Shown: piece after piece, positions 47,832-60,594 of the stretch
Layout: the number at the start of each line of letters is the position of its first letter
How positions within the stretch are numbered: position 1 is the stretch's first letter
NCBI GenBank assembly: GCA_964553245.1
Contig: CAZKJM010000001.1
Location: 447,555 to 511,554, forward strand
Source of the DNA: an uncultured Gammaproteobacteria bacterium
GTDB lineage: Bacteria > Patescibacteriota > Microgenomatia > Levybacterales > UBA12049
DNA length: 64,000 nucleotides
Direction of reading: 5' to 3'
Translations under genes and position numbers: made by a program
Notes under the pieces: model-generated
What the model was told of the DNA's origin: nothing
The model's database searches: none
What the model saw: only the letters and a program-made list of their open reading frames with translations

Positions 47832-47879
47832 CACATTCGACTCGCTTCACTCGCTCAGTGCAAGCACCAGTTATTCATT

Positions 47880-48664
47880 ATGAATAATCAGCCTATTGGA
47901 ATTTTTGATTCTGGCCTTGGTGGTTTATCTGTTTTAAAAGAAATCGAAAAACTGCTTCCCAAAGAAAATTTTATTTACGTTGCTGATCAGGCAAATTTTT
48001 CTTATGGGTTAAAGTCAAAAAAAGAGCTTGAGGCACTTACGACTAAAATCGTACAATTTTTAATCAATAAAAAAGTAAAATTAGTAGTTGTCGCATGTAA
48101 CACGGCCACAATTCAGGCAATAGAGTGTTTAAGGAAAAACTTCACAATCCCAATAATTGGCATTGTGCCTGTTATTAAAACCATTTCCTCTATTTCCAAA
48201 ACAAAAAACACGGCAGTATTTGCAACTCCGTCAACAACAAAAAGTAAGTACTTAAGTAGTTTAATAAAAAAATATGCTCATGGCGTAAAGGTTTATAAAA
48301 TAAGCGGAATTGGATTAGAGCAGCTAATAGAGCAGGGGGAATTTAATGACGGCAGAATTAAGAATGCATTGGAAAAGTCACTGGCTAAGTTAAAAAATAA
48401 AAACATTGATGTTATTGCTCTTGGTTGTACGCATTATCCATTTATCAAGCCTCAAATTCAAAGAATACTCGGTTCAAAAATTACCATTATTGATTCGGGA
48501 GGTGCGGTTGCAAGGAGAGTAAAGTCGATTTTAATTCAAGAGAATTTGCTTGCCGGAGATAAAAGGGAAAACAGCTTTTATACTTCTTGCGATGCAAAAA
48601 GGTTTAAAAGAATGCTAAAATCACTATTAAGAATAGAAACAGATAATGTTTTTGGTTTAAATAT

Positions 48665-48668
<4 letters not shown>
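47880..48668 (+). CDS. murI: Glutamate racemase
   Basis: FDSGLGGLSV, ACNTAT, LGCTHYP. Confidence 0.96.
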
Positions 48669-51303
<2,635 letters not shown>

Positions 51304-51319
51304 TAAACTAAAGAAAATT

Positions 51320-52339
51320 ATGAAAACGGTTTTTTCTGGACTTCAACCCTCTGGCAATATGCATATTGGTAATTATATTGGTGCTATTAAACAATGGGTT
51401 GAGCTTCAAAATAAAAGCGATGCAATTTATTGCATTGTTGACTTACATGCAATAACAGTTTATCAAGACCCAAAGATTTTAAAAGAGAAAATTTTAGATG
51501 TTACCGCTTTATATCTTGCCTTAGGTCTTGATCCAAAAAAGGCGCATATTTTTATTCAAAGCGAAAACCCTGATCACCCTTATCTTGCATGGATCTTGAA
51601 CTGCGTTACTCCTTTTGGGCAACTTGAACGGATGACGCAGTTTAAAGATAAAAGCCAAACCCTTCTTCGCCAAGGCTCCGAAGGGCAAGGCAAAAAGGAT
51701 TCAATAACGGTTGGTCTTTTTGATTATCCGGTTTTAATGGCAGCAGATATTCTTTTATACAACACGGATGAAGTTCCGGTTGGGGAAGATCAAAGGCAGC
51801 ATATAGAGTTAGCACGCGATATTGCCGAAAAGTTCAATAAAAAATACGGAGAGGTTTTTACGCTTCCTAAAGCTGCTATTCCAGAGCAATCTGCGAAAAT
51901 AATGAGCTTGCAAAATCCAAACAGCAAAATGAGTAAGTCCAGCATTGATCCACTTGGAACTATCAATCTTTTGGATTCAGAACTAGAAATCAGGGAAAAA
52001 GTAAAAAAAGCAGTTACCGATTCGGAAACTGCAATTTTAAAACAGGTTCATAATAAAGAAGATGGAGCAATTCCTAACCTTTTAACAATTTATTCTGCAT
52101 TTTCCAATGAATCTTTTGATAAAGTTCTAAATCAATTTAACGGAAAAAACTATGGAGAGTTTAAAAAAGAATTAGTAGATTTACTGGTAGAAAAATTAGG
52201 AGAAATTCAAAAAAGATATAAAGAAATTAGGGAAGACGAAAAATACTTAAGACAAGTTTTGGATGAGGGAAGAGATTTTGCAAAAGAAAAATCCTCGGAA
52301 ACTCTACAAAAAGTAAAAGAGAAGATGGGCATTTATTAA
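51320..52339 (+). CDS. trpS: Tryptophanyl-tRNA synthetase
   Basis: SGLQPSG.MHIGNY, YPVLMAADIL, VPVGEDQ, KMSKS. Confidence 0.97.
   Translation: MKTVFSGLQPSGNMHIGNYIGAIKQWVELQNKSDAIYCIVDLHAITVYQDPKILKEKILDVTALYLALGLDPKKAHIFIQSENPDHPYLAWILNCVTPFGQLERMTQFKDKSQTLLRQGSEGQGKKDSITVGLFDYPVLMAADILLYNTDEVPVGEDQRQHIELARDIAEKFNKKYGEVFTLPKAAIPEQSAKIMSLQNPNSKMSKSSIDPLGTINLLDSELEIREKVKKAVTDSETAILKQVHNKEDGAIPNLLTIYSAFSNESFDKVLNQFNGKNYGEFKKELVDLLVEKLGEIQKRYKEIREDEKYLRQVLDEGRDFAKEKSSETLQKVKEKMGIY
51660..51689 (+). repeat. Palindromic element inserted in frame in trpS
   Basis: CCCTTC-TTC-GCC-AA-GGC-TCC-GAAGGG-CAAG. Confidence 0.75.
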
Positions 52340-52389
52340 TAAATAATAAATGGTTGACAAAATAAGCATTTAGTTTTATAGTTTGCATC

Positions 52390-52941
52390 GTGAAGGAAAG
52401 ATATAGCGAGGAAAGATCAGAAAAAAGAACAGTAGTCGTGCATTTATTATTTTCTAAAACTCCAGAACCAGAAGTTTATCGCGCTTCATTAAAAAACGGA
52501 GAAGACCCCTCAGCTTATGCTTTAAATATTCTTGGCAAAGATGGAGCCTATGGTTATAAAATTGGAGATCTTTATTCAGGAACAATAATTCTTGATGGTA
52601 AGACGAGGGCTTATCAGACAACAGAGCAAATGGAGCCAGGTATAGTTTATGTTGACGCGGAAAAATTTTCCGTTGAAGATTCAAGGAAAGCATTAAGGGA
52701 ATTAGAAGAAGAATTTGCTTTTGAAAACGAAGGTAATATCTATGCAACAAAAACAATAGACAAAGACCCTGGATATAAATTGGAATATTTAACATTAAGT
52801 GAATCATTGAAAAATGTTCTTCGTCTTAGGGAAAGAGCGGGAGATGAATTTGTGGAGCCGGAATTAGTAAGAGCAAGAGATGGATCATGGCATATTTTGG
52901 GAACAAAGGATAAAATGGTAAAGTCTAAAGATAAAAGATAA
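52390..52941 (+). CDS. Hypothetical protein (paralog 1)
   Basis: ORF preceded by TTGACA-17 bp-TATAGT promoter. Confidence 0.7.
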   Translation: MKERYSEERSEKRTVVVHLLFSKTPEPEVYRASLKNGEDPSAYALNILGKDGAYGYKIGDLYSGTIILDGKTRAYQTTEQMEPGIVYVDAEKFSVEDSRKALRELEEEFAFENEGNIYATKTIDKDPGYKLEYLTLSESLKNVLRLRERAGDEFVEPELVRARDGSWHILGTKDKMVKSKDKR

Positions 52942-52967
52942 ATTTTTCAAAATACCACTTAAGTTAT

Positions 52968-53459
52968 ATGGAGAGATTTTTAAGCCCACGAAGACCAAGA
53001 GAAGAAGCCGTAAAACAGTGGCAAACAATACAAGTCTTAGAAGAAATTACTTTTGGTAAAAAGAGTTTTTTTCGGACAAGAGTTAATTCTAAACTTTCTA
53101 ATCAAGGGATAGCAAGTGAGGTTATAGAAATCAGCAGACGAGCATATGGATTTGTAAAAATTGACAGTAGAGATCCAGAAACCGAAGATGCGAATCCAAA
53201 AATTAATTATATTGACGCACGCTTTTTTACTATGGAAGAAACTCTCCGTTTTCCACCAAAATTTGAACGTTCTTTAAAAAAGAAAGAATATTTAAGCTTA
53301 ATGTATGCAATGAGCGAATATATGACGATGCTTGCAGTGAGCGAATGCAAAAATGAAAACGAAATAAAAAAACCAAGAGGGATAATTAGAAGAAGAGATG
53401 GATTATTTACGGTTTTAAAAAATGGGGATAGAATTATTTCGACGACTCAAAAAAACTAG
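52968..53459 (+). CDS. Hypothetical protein (paralog 2)
   Basis: Shares motifs with the preceding ORF. Confidence 0.7.
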   Translation: MERFLSPRRPREEAVKQWQTIQVLEEITFGKKSFFRTRVNSKLSNQGIASEVIEISRRAYGFVKIDSRDPETEDANPKINYIDARFFTMEETLRFPPKFERSLKKKEYLSLMYAMSEYMTMLAVSECKNENEIKKPRGIIRRRDGLFTVLKNGDRIISTTQKN

Positions 53460-53492
53460 AAATATAGCCTCTACTATGCTATACTGACCACC

Positions 53493-55370
53493 ATGCGAAA
53501 CGGTAAAAAAAGAAAAATAAAAATTACAAAACCAAATGTCAGGTTTTCTTGGAAAAATGGAATTATTTATGCTTTTTTAGCGGTTTTTATTTGGTTTGTA
53601 ATTATCGGAATTACTCAGCCTATAGGAGAAAATGGATCAGAAACAAAAGACGTTCCTCTCTCGCAAATTATTACAGAAGTAAAACAAAACAAAATTAAAC
53701 AAATTGAAGTTTCTGGAAATAAAATTACAGCAATAGATAAAGAAGGAAAAACCATAGAAGCAAATAAGGAAGAAGGCGCAAATCTTTATCAGATTTTTAA
53801 AGATTCAGGTATATCTTTGGAAAAAACAAAAGTTGTTGTTAAGGATGATACTACTTTAAATACTTGGGTTAGTATTCTTTCTTCGGTTTTGCCTGTAATC
53901 TTAATGGTTGCTTTTTTCTACTTTATATTTAGACAGGCCCGTGGAGCACAGGAGAATGTTTTTTCTTTTGGTCAGTCAAAAGCAAAAATGTTTAATAAGG
54001 GAATTCAAAGGGTTACATTTGCAGACGTTGCGGGAGTAGATGAGGCAAAACAGGAGTTATCGGAAATCGTTGATTTTCTTAAAAACCCGAGTAAATATAA
54101 GGCAATGGGAGCAAGAACCCCAAAGGGAGTGTTAATGATTGGTCCATCAGGTACCGGTAAAACACTTTTAGCAAGAGCAACGGCAGGCGAAGCAAATGTT
54201 CCGTTTTTTTCTATGGCAGGATCTGAATTTATGGAAATGCTGGTTGGCGTTGGAGCATCAAGGGTAAGGGATTTATTTAATACTGCAAAAAAGGCACAGC
54301 CTGCAATTATTTTTATAGACGAAATCGATGCGATTGGAAGACAACGTGGGGCAGGGTTAATGGGTGGACATGATGAAAGAGAGCAAACATTAAATCAGAT
54401 TCTAGTAGAAATGGATGGATTTGCTCCGACGGAACAATTAATCGTAATTGCAGCAACCAATAGACCTGATGTTTTGGATCCGGCTTTGGTAAGACCGGGA
54501 AGATTTGACAGGCGAGTTGCTTTGGATATGCCGGATGTTGAAGGTAGAAAAGCGATTTTAGCAATTCATGCAAAAGGAAAGCCATTTGCAGAGGACGTTA
54601 ATTGGGACAAAGCATCCAAGAGAACGGTTGGTTTTTCTGGTGCGGATTTAGAAAATATGCTAAATGAAGCGGCGATTTTAGCAGCCCGTTTAGGCAAAAA
54701 AGCAATAGAAATGAAAGACTTGGAGGAAGCGGCAACTAAAGTAAAATTGGGACCGGAGAAAAAAAGACTTCAAACAGAAGAGGATCGAAAGATGACTGCA
54801 TATCATGAAGCAGGTCACGCGATTGTTTCATGGTCGATGCCGCATACTGATCCCGTGCACAGAATCTCAATTGTTTCAAGAGGAATGTCCTTGGGTCATA
54901 CGATGCTTGAACCAACAGAGCATTTACACGAAACAAAAACATATCTTCTTGAGCAAATTGCAGTAATGCTTGGGGGAAGAGCAGCGGAGAATTTAATTTT
55001 TAAGGAAATGACAACAGGAGCAGCAGATGATATTTCCAAGGCAACTATGGTTGCAAGAACAATGGTAACAGAGTATGGAATGAGCGACATAGGACCGATT
55101 AACCTTGATGGAGAAAAAAGAATGATTTATGAACAAGCGCCGATTTCTCCGGATATGTCTGCAAAAATTGACGCAGAAATTAAAAAAATAACAGACGATG
55201 CGTATAAAAAAGCAGCTTCAATTTTGGTTAAGCATAAGAAAAAACTGGATAAATTAGCAGAAGAACTTCTTAAAAAAGAAACACTTGAATCAGAAGATTT
55301 CGAGGCGCTGGTTGGCAAAAAACCACTGATGGAAAAATCTGTTAAACTAAAAAAGACCATAAGGTCTTGA
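53493..55370 (+). CDS. ftsH: ATP-dependent zinc metalloprotease FtsH
   Basis: Two TM helices, [26 protein letters not shown]. Confidence 0.97.
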   Translation: MRNGKKRKIKITKPNVRFSWKNGIIYAFLAVFIWFVIIGITQPIGENGSETKDVPLSQIITEVKQNKIKQIEVSGNKITAIDKEGKTIEANKEEGANLYQIFKDSGISLEKTKVVVKDDTTLNTWVSILSSVLPVILMVAFFYFIFRQARGAQENVFSFGQSKAKMFNKGIQRVTFADVAGVDEAKQELSEIVDFLKNPSKYKAMGARTPKGVLMIGPSGTGKTLLARATAGEANVPFFSMAGSEFMEMLVGVGASRVRDLFNTAKKAQPAIIFIDEIDAIGRQRGAGLMGGHDEREQTLNQILVEMDGFAPTEQLIVIAATNRPDVLDPALVRPGRFDRRVALDMPDVEGRKAILAIHAKGKPFAEDVNWDKASKRTVGFSGADLENMLNEAAILAARLGKKAIEMKDLEEAATKVKLGPEKKRLQTEEDRKMTAYHEAGHAIVSWSMPHTDPVHRISIVSRGMSLGHTMLEPTEHLHETKTYLLEQIAVMLGGRAAENLIFKEMTTGAADDISKATMVARTMVTEYGMSDIGPINLDGEKRMIYEQAPISPDMSAKIDAEIKKITDDAYKKAASILVKHKKKLDKLAEELLKKETLESEDFEALVGKKPLMEKSVKLKKTIRS

Positions 55371-55371
55371 T

Positions 55372-57048
55372 ATGAAAAAAATATTCAAGTCTCTAACACT
55401 CGGTCTTATTCTGTTTATTTTTTCTACGTCTTCTTCTTTTGCCTCGGCTGAATCAATCGAAGTTTTCAATACACAAATAACCGTGCGTAAAGATGGAAGT
55501 CTTGATGTTATCGAAAACATAAAATACAATTTTTTTGACAATCAAAAACACGGTATTTACAGAGATATACCATTGGCAAGCTCTAATAACGGTGTTTACA
55601 AAGAAATTGGAGTTGAAGTAAAAGAGGTTTTAAGAGATGGAACAAGCGAGAGGTATACAAAGACAGTAAATAATAATAAATTAAATCTTAAAATCGGAAA
55701 AGCGGAACAGACGATTTCCGGAATTCACAATTATATAATTTCTTATAAAGTTACTAATGTAATCGGAAATTTTGATGATCACGATGAAATATATTGGAAC
55801 GCAACCGGTACTGATTGGGAAGTAGGAGTTAATTCTACAAGTGTTAAAATAATTCCGGATTTTGATACTTCGATTACTAAATTTACCTGTTTTACAGGAA
55901 GCTTTGGCTCCAAGGACAAAAATTGCGAATTCAGTAAAGACGGCGAAGTCGGAATTTTTAAATCAACAGCTGTTTTAAATCCAGGAGAAGGATTAACAAT
56001 TGTTGCTGGATTTCCGCCAAATACTTTTCCAAAAAGCAAAATAAGCGTTTTAGAAAATAAGGAATTATCCCCGTTTTGGACAGCAGTAATAATTGGATTA
56101 GTAATTTTAGCAACTGTTTTGTATTATATTGCGCTTCCATTTTTTGTTTTTCGCTGGTATTTAAGAAACAGACATAAATCCCGTTTTGGAAGCCCTTCCG
56201 TTAACTTTGATTTACCAAAAGATAACGACAACAACCGCTTACTTCCCGCAGAAGCAGGAGTGATGGATACGGCAAGATTGGAAAAAGATGATGTTGTTGC
56301 AACAATTTTTGACTTGGCAATAAGAAAATATATTTTTATAGAGCAGATTAAAAAGAAAAAATTTTTGGGTCTTGGTGAAGATAAAGACTTTTTGATAAAA
56401 AAGAAAAAAGATTTTAATGACCTAACAGGATTTGAAAAAACCCTATTAGAAAGGCTTTTTAAGAACGGTGAATCGGTTGAGTTAGGTTCATTGTCCTCGG
56501 ATTTTTATGAAACATTTACGAAACTACAAAAAGACATTTTTTCTATTCTAATTAAGAAAGGTTTTTACAAGGAAAACCCACAGAATAAAAAAGCTCTTTA
56601 TGCAGGTCTTGGATTTTTTTCGGTTATTTTTTTCCTAAACTTGCCTCTTGCTTTTATTCTATTCTGGATGTTCGGCGAATATAACGGCAGAACAGACTTA
56701 GGGGATGAGGTAGACTTTCGAGTTGATGGACTTAAGCTTTTCTTAAAAAGCATGGACAGGGAACATAAATGGTATGCCAATCAACTTGCTTTAGTTGAGC
56801 AAATGATTCCGTATTCAATTGCCTTAGGTTACATAGACAAATTTATGGAGCAATTAAAAATTTCTTATCCGGATTATGATCCTACATGGTACAAAGGGAA
56901 TATGGCGTTTTTTGCAGTGTCAAATAGTATGTTTAACTCAATGAATAGTAGCATTGCAACAAATGCTCCTTCAAGATCGAGTGGTTTTTCCGGTGGAGGC
57001 GGATTCTCCGGCGGGGGATCCGGTGGAGGCGGAGGAGGAAGTTGGTAG
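55372..57048 (+). CDS. DUF2207 membrane protein
   Basis: Signal peptide, HGIYRDIP, YWNATG..W, C-terminal GGGFSGGGSGGGGGGSW. Confidence 0.9.
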   Translation: MKKIFKSLTLGLILFIFSTSSSFASAESIEVFNTQITVRKDGSLDVIENIKYNFFDNQKHGIYRDIPLASSNNGVYKEIGVEVKEVLRDGTSERYTKTVNNNKLNLKIGKAEQTISGIHNYIISYKVTNVIGNFDDHDEIYWNATGTDWEVGVNSTSVKIIPDFDTSITKFTCFTGSFGSKDKNCEFSKDGEVGIFKSTAVLNPGEGLTIVAGFPPNTFPKSKISVLENKELSPFWTAVIIGLVILATVLYYIALPFFVFRWYLRNRHKSRFGSPSVNFDLPKDNDNNRLLPAEAGVMDTARLEKDDVVATIFDLAIRKYIFIEQIKKKKFLGLGEDKDFLIKKKKDFNDLTGFEKTLLERLFKNGESVELGSLSSDFYETFTKLQKDIFSILIKKGFYKENPQNKKALYAGLGFFSVIFFLNLPLAFILFWMFGEYNGRTDLGDEVDFRVDGLKLFLKSMDREHKWYANQLALVEQMIPYSIALGYIDKFMEQLKISYPDYDPTWYKGNMAFFAVSNSMFNSMNSSIATNAPSRSSGFSGGGGFSGGGSGGGGGGSW

Positions 57049-57094
57049 AAAAATTACTTGACACAAAAAAACATTAGTGGGAAACTAAAGCTAT

Positions 57095-57703
57095 ATGAAA
57101 ATATTCTCAATTTCAGATGCAATTAGTTTTGGGTTTAAAACAGTAAAGAGGAACTTCTTTTTCTTTTTAGGTGTAGTTGCAATTGTTTTTGCAGTATCTG
57201 CTGTTAACAGTAGTCTTCAGGAAAGCTTAATTGACCAGTGGTTTTTATACACTTTAGTAAGCATAGTTTTTTGGATTATTGCAGAAGTTGTCGGAATGGG
57301 AGTTATTAGGATTAATCTTTCTTTTGTTGACGGTAAGAAGCCTAAATTTTCCGATCTTTTTATACTCAATTGGAGACAGTTATTAAATTATATCTTAAGT
57401 TCATTTTTAGTAGGCTTAACGGTGCTTGGGGGCATGATACTTTTGATAGTCCCCGGAATTATTTTCGCCTTAAAACTTCAGTACACGACTTATTTAATAG
57501 TTGATAAAAATATTGGTCCAATTGAAGCATATAAAAAAAGCTGGAAAATGACTAAAGGACAAGTTTGGCATTTGTTTTTACTTGCCCTAACTTTTATTGG
57601 AATTAATTTAGCTGGATTACTACTTCTTGTAATCGGATTATTATTTTCTGCGCCCTTATCGATGGTTGCAGCTACTTCCGTTTATAGAAAGCTTTCCTCT
57701 TAA
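57095..57703 (+). CDS. Integral membrane protein (DUF975-like)
   Basis: LLIVPGII, GPIEAYKKSW.MTKG. Confidence 0.75.
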   Translation: MKIFSISDAISFGFKTVKRNFFFFLGVVAIVFAVSAVNSSLQESLIDQWFLYTLVSIVFWIIAEVVGMGVIRINLSFVDGKKPKFSDLFILNWRQLLNYILSSFLVGLTVLGGMILLIVPGIIFALKLQYTTYLIVDKNIGPIEAYKKSWKMTKGQVWHLFLLALTFIGINLAGLLLLVIGLLFSAPLSMVAATSVYRKLSS

Positions 57704-57733
57704 AAACCTTTTTAAAATGTTATAATTCAAGCT

Positions 57734-58666
57734 ATGGATAAACTGATTCTCGTTGATGGCAACGCAATTTTACATCGGGCTTTTCACGCACTTCCTCCGC
57801 TTAATAACATAGAAGGTCAGATGACCAACGCGGTTTTTGGTTTTTTTTCAATGCTTTTTAAAATAATAACAGATTTAAAACCGGAGTATTTAGCAGTTTG
57901 CTTTGATAGACCAAAGCCGACATTTAGACAAGAGCTTTACGTCGGCTATCACGCACAAAGACCAAAAATGGACGAAAATTTAGTTCCGCAAATAGGCTTG
58001 GTTCACGAAGGTTTGGAAAAAGCAGGAATAAAAATTTTTGAAATAGACGGATATGAAGCAGACGATTTAATAGGAACTCTTTCTTACCAAGCGGTAAAGA
58101 TTGAAAAAAATGCTCATGTAATAATTGTCTCGGGAGACCGGGATATGCTTCAATTGGTAAATCATAGGGTTAATGTTTTAGCACCAATTATTGGAATTAC
58201 AAAAATGATTTTATTCGATGAGGAAAAGGTTAAGGAAAAATACGGACTTAAACCGCTTCAGATTATTGACTACAAAGCACTCGTTGGAGACCCATCGGAT
58301 AATTACCCGGGAGTTTCTGGAGTTGGTCCTAAAACAGCAAGTGAGTTATTAAAAAAATATGAAACATTTGAAAATTTATACAAACATTTAAACGAACTTC
58401 CCGAAAAACTCTCCGTAAGGCTGGCAGAAGATGCGGAGCAGGCAGCTTTGTGCCGCAAATTGGCAACCATAGTTACGAATGCACCGATTCACCTAAAACT
58501 TACCGAGCTAGATATGGCAAAACTTAAAAAAGAAAAATTAATTAATTTTTTCGAAAAAATGAACTTTAAAAGTTTAATCAATCGTTTGTCAAACGGGGTA
58601 GAGAATCATATTCAGGAGCAAAAGGCAAAAAAAGAAAACAATAATGAGCAACTGGGTTTAATATGA
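57734..58666 (+). CDS. Stand-alone 5'-3' exonuclease (PolA N-terminal / flap endonuclease)
   Basis: LVDGNAILHRAFHA, EADDLIG, SGDRD, LVGDPSDNYPGV.GVGPKTA. Confidence 0.93.
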   Translation: MDKLILVDGNAILHRAFHALPPLNNIEGQMTNAVFGFFSMLFKIITDLKPEYLAVCFDRPKPTFRQELYVGYHAQRPKMDENLVPQIGLVHEGLEKAGIKIFEIDGYEADDLIGTLSYQAVKIEKNAHVIIVSGDRDMLQLVNHRVNVLAPIIGITKMILFDEEKVKEKYGLKPLQIIDYKALVGDPSDNYPGVSGVGPKTASELLKKYETFENLYKHLNELPEKLSVRLAEDAEQAALCRKLATIVTNAPIHLKLTELDMAKLKKEKLINFFEKMNFKSLINRLSNGVENHIQEQKAKKENNNEQLGLI

Positions 58667-59358
58667 AAATAAAAAAACACGGAAATTTAAGATATGTAGA
58701 TGAGGGAAAAGGTGATGCTATTCTGTTTTTTCATGGCTGGGCTGTAACTCCTTTTTCGTACCTTAATTCAATCAAATTCTTAGCAAAGGATTTTAGGGTA
58801 ATAGCCCCATTTATAGATTCATTTAGAAAATTTAAAAGCATAACAAAAGATACGGAAGATCTTTTGAAAAACTTACAAATAGAAAAAGTATTAGTTATTG
58901 GTCATTCTGCAGGAGGAATTACGGCAGCTAGTTTTGTAGCAAATTGCAATAAGTCTTCTTCGGGATTAATACTTATTAACTCAGCCGGAATAAAAACTAA
59001 AAAAAACGTCTCTATACATATGTTAAAATGGCTTAATTATTTACGTATATTAGTTACTAGACATATACAGCATTTTTCCTTAATGATAATGGATTTTTTA
59101 AGAAATTTGCTATTTTTTAAAGATTTGATAGACGAAGCAATTTTTATTAGAAATTATTCATTTAATGACCTTAGCTTGAATATTCCCGTTTTTATTATTT
59201 GGGGTAAGGATGATCATTTAATATCGGTTAATAATGCTTATGAATTAAATAAAATTTTTGTCGGATCAAAGCTGGAAATTGTTGAAGGTGATCACGAATG
59301 GCTTGCAGAAAATCCGCAATTACTGGTTAAAAAAATTAAGGAATTTTTAGAAAAATGA
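58663..59358 (+). CDS. Alpha/beta hydrolase
   Basis: FHGW, GHSAGG nucleophile motif, WGKDD, DH. Confidence 0.88.
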   Translation: MKIKKHGNLRYVDEGKGDAILFFHGWAVTPFSYLNSIKFLAKDFRVIAPFIDSFRKFKSITKDTEDLLKNLQIEKVLVIGHSAGGITAASFVANCNKSSSGLILINSAGIKTKKNVSIHMLKWLNYLRILVTRHIQHFSLMIMDFLRNLLFFKDLIDEAIFIRNYSFNDLSLNIPVFIIWGKDDHLISVNNAYELNKIFVGSKLEIVEGDHEWLAENPQLLVKKIKEFLEK

Positions 59359-60470
59359 AGATTGCTATAGTTCACGATTATATAAAAGAATACGGTGGAG
59401 CAGAAAGGGTTTTGGAGACTCTTCACGAAATTTATCCGGATGCACCGATTTTTACCTCTGTTTATCTACCAAAGTATTTAGGACCACATAAAAAACGGTT
59501 TAAAAAAATGGACATTAGAGCTTCTTTTTTACAAAATCTACCATTTAAATCAAAGTTAATTAGCCCGATAAGACTTATTGCACCAATGCTTTTTAGGCGT
59601 TTTGATTTTTCTAAATTCGATGTTGTAATTGTTTCTGCAACCGGAGCATATACTCCAAACGCAATTAATAAAAACAATGCAGTGCAAGTTTGTTATTGTC
59701 ATACGCCGCCAAGATATTTATACGGTTTTGCAACGGCAAGAGAATGGAAGAATAATATAGTCTTTAGAATTTTAGGAGAAATTGCAAACCATTTTTTAAG
59801 ACTTACCGATTTTAAATCATCGGAAACCGTGGATTATTTTATAGCAAATTCAGAAAATGTAAGAAGAAGAATCCAAAAATTTTATAAAAAAGACGCGAAA
59901 GTAATATATCCACCTGTAGAAACAAATCCTAAATCCAAAGTTCTAAAATCTAAAAAAATACAAAACACAAAATATTATCTTGCCGGGGGGAGGTTGGCAA
60001 GACCAAAGCACATAGATTTAATTATAGAAACGTGTTCCAAAAATGATATTCCGCTTAAAGTTTTTGGGAAGGCATTTGCCGGTTATGGAAAGGAATTAAA
60101 AAATATCGCCGGTCCAACGGTTGAATTTTTAGGAGAAGTTACAGATGAGGAAAAATTAGCTTTAATGAAAAACGCAAAAGCGTTTATTTTTGCTTCGGAA
60201 GATGAGGATTTTGGTATCACGCCTGTTGAGGCAATGTCGGTTGGCACGCCTGTTATTGCTTATGCATCGGGTGGAGTCTTAGAGTCGGTTATAGACGGCA
60301 AGACAGGTTTATTTTTTAATGAATTAACAGTAGGAAATATAAGAAAAGCGATAGAGAAACTTCAAAAAACAAAAATTAACAAGCAAGATTGTATAAAACA
60401 AGCCCAAAGTTTTAGTAAGGCAAGGTTTAAAAGAGAAATAAAAAAGTTTGTGGAAGCAAGAATAAATTAG
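59355..60470 (+). CDS. Glycosyltransferase family 4
   Basis: VHDY..GGAERVL, YCHTPPRY, EDFGITPVEAM. Confidence 0.93.
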   Translation: MKIAIVHDYIKEYGGAERVLETLHEIYPDAPIFTSVYLPKYLGPHKKRFKKMDIRASFLQNLPFKSKLISPIRLIAPMLFRRFDFSKFDVVIVSATGAYTPNAINKNNAVQVCYCHTPPRYLYGFATAREWKNNIVFRILGEIANHFLRLTDFKSSETVDYFIANSENVRRRIQKFYKKDAKVIYPPVETNPKSKVLKSKKIQNTKYYLAGGRLARPKHIDLIIETCSKNDIPLKVFGKAFAGYGKELKNIAGPTVEFLGEVTDEEKLALMKNAKAFIFASEDEDFGITPVEAMSVGTPVIAYASGGVLESVIDGKTGLFFNELTVGNIRKAIEKLQKTKINKQDCIKQAQSFSKARFKREIKKFVEARIN

Positions 60471-60474
60471 CAGT

Positions 60475-60594
60475 ATGCCGGAGTTGCCAGAAGTTGACCC
60501 CATAGAGATTTTACCTCGCGCCAGAGGCTTACAGCCTCGTGCTCGCGAGGGGCAATTCTACGGGGCAAGAACATTAAAGGAGGTTGATTATTAA
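60475..60594 (+). other. Duplicated mutM start (39-codon leader ORF) interrupted by a 72-nt palindromic insertion
   Basis: ATGCCGGAGTTGCCAGAAGTTGA + CCCCATAGA...TCTACGGGG-CAAG; the ORF ends in a TAATG overlap with mutM. Confidence 0.75.
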
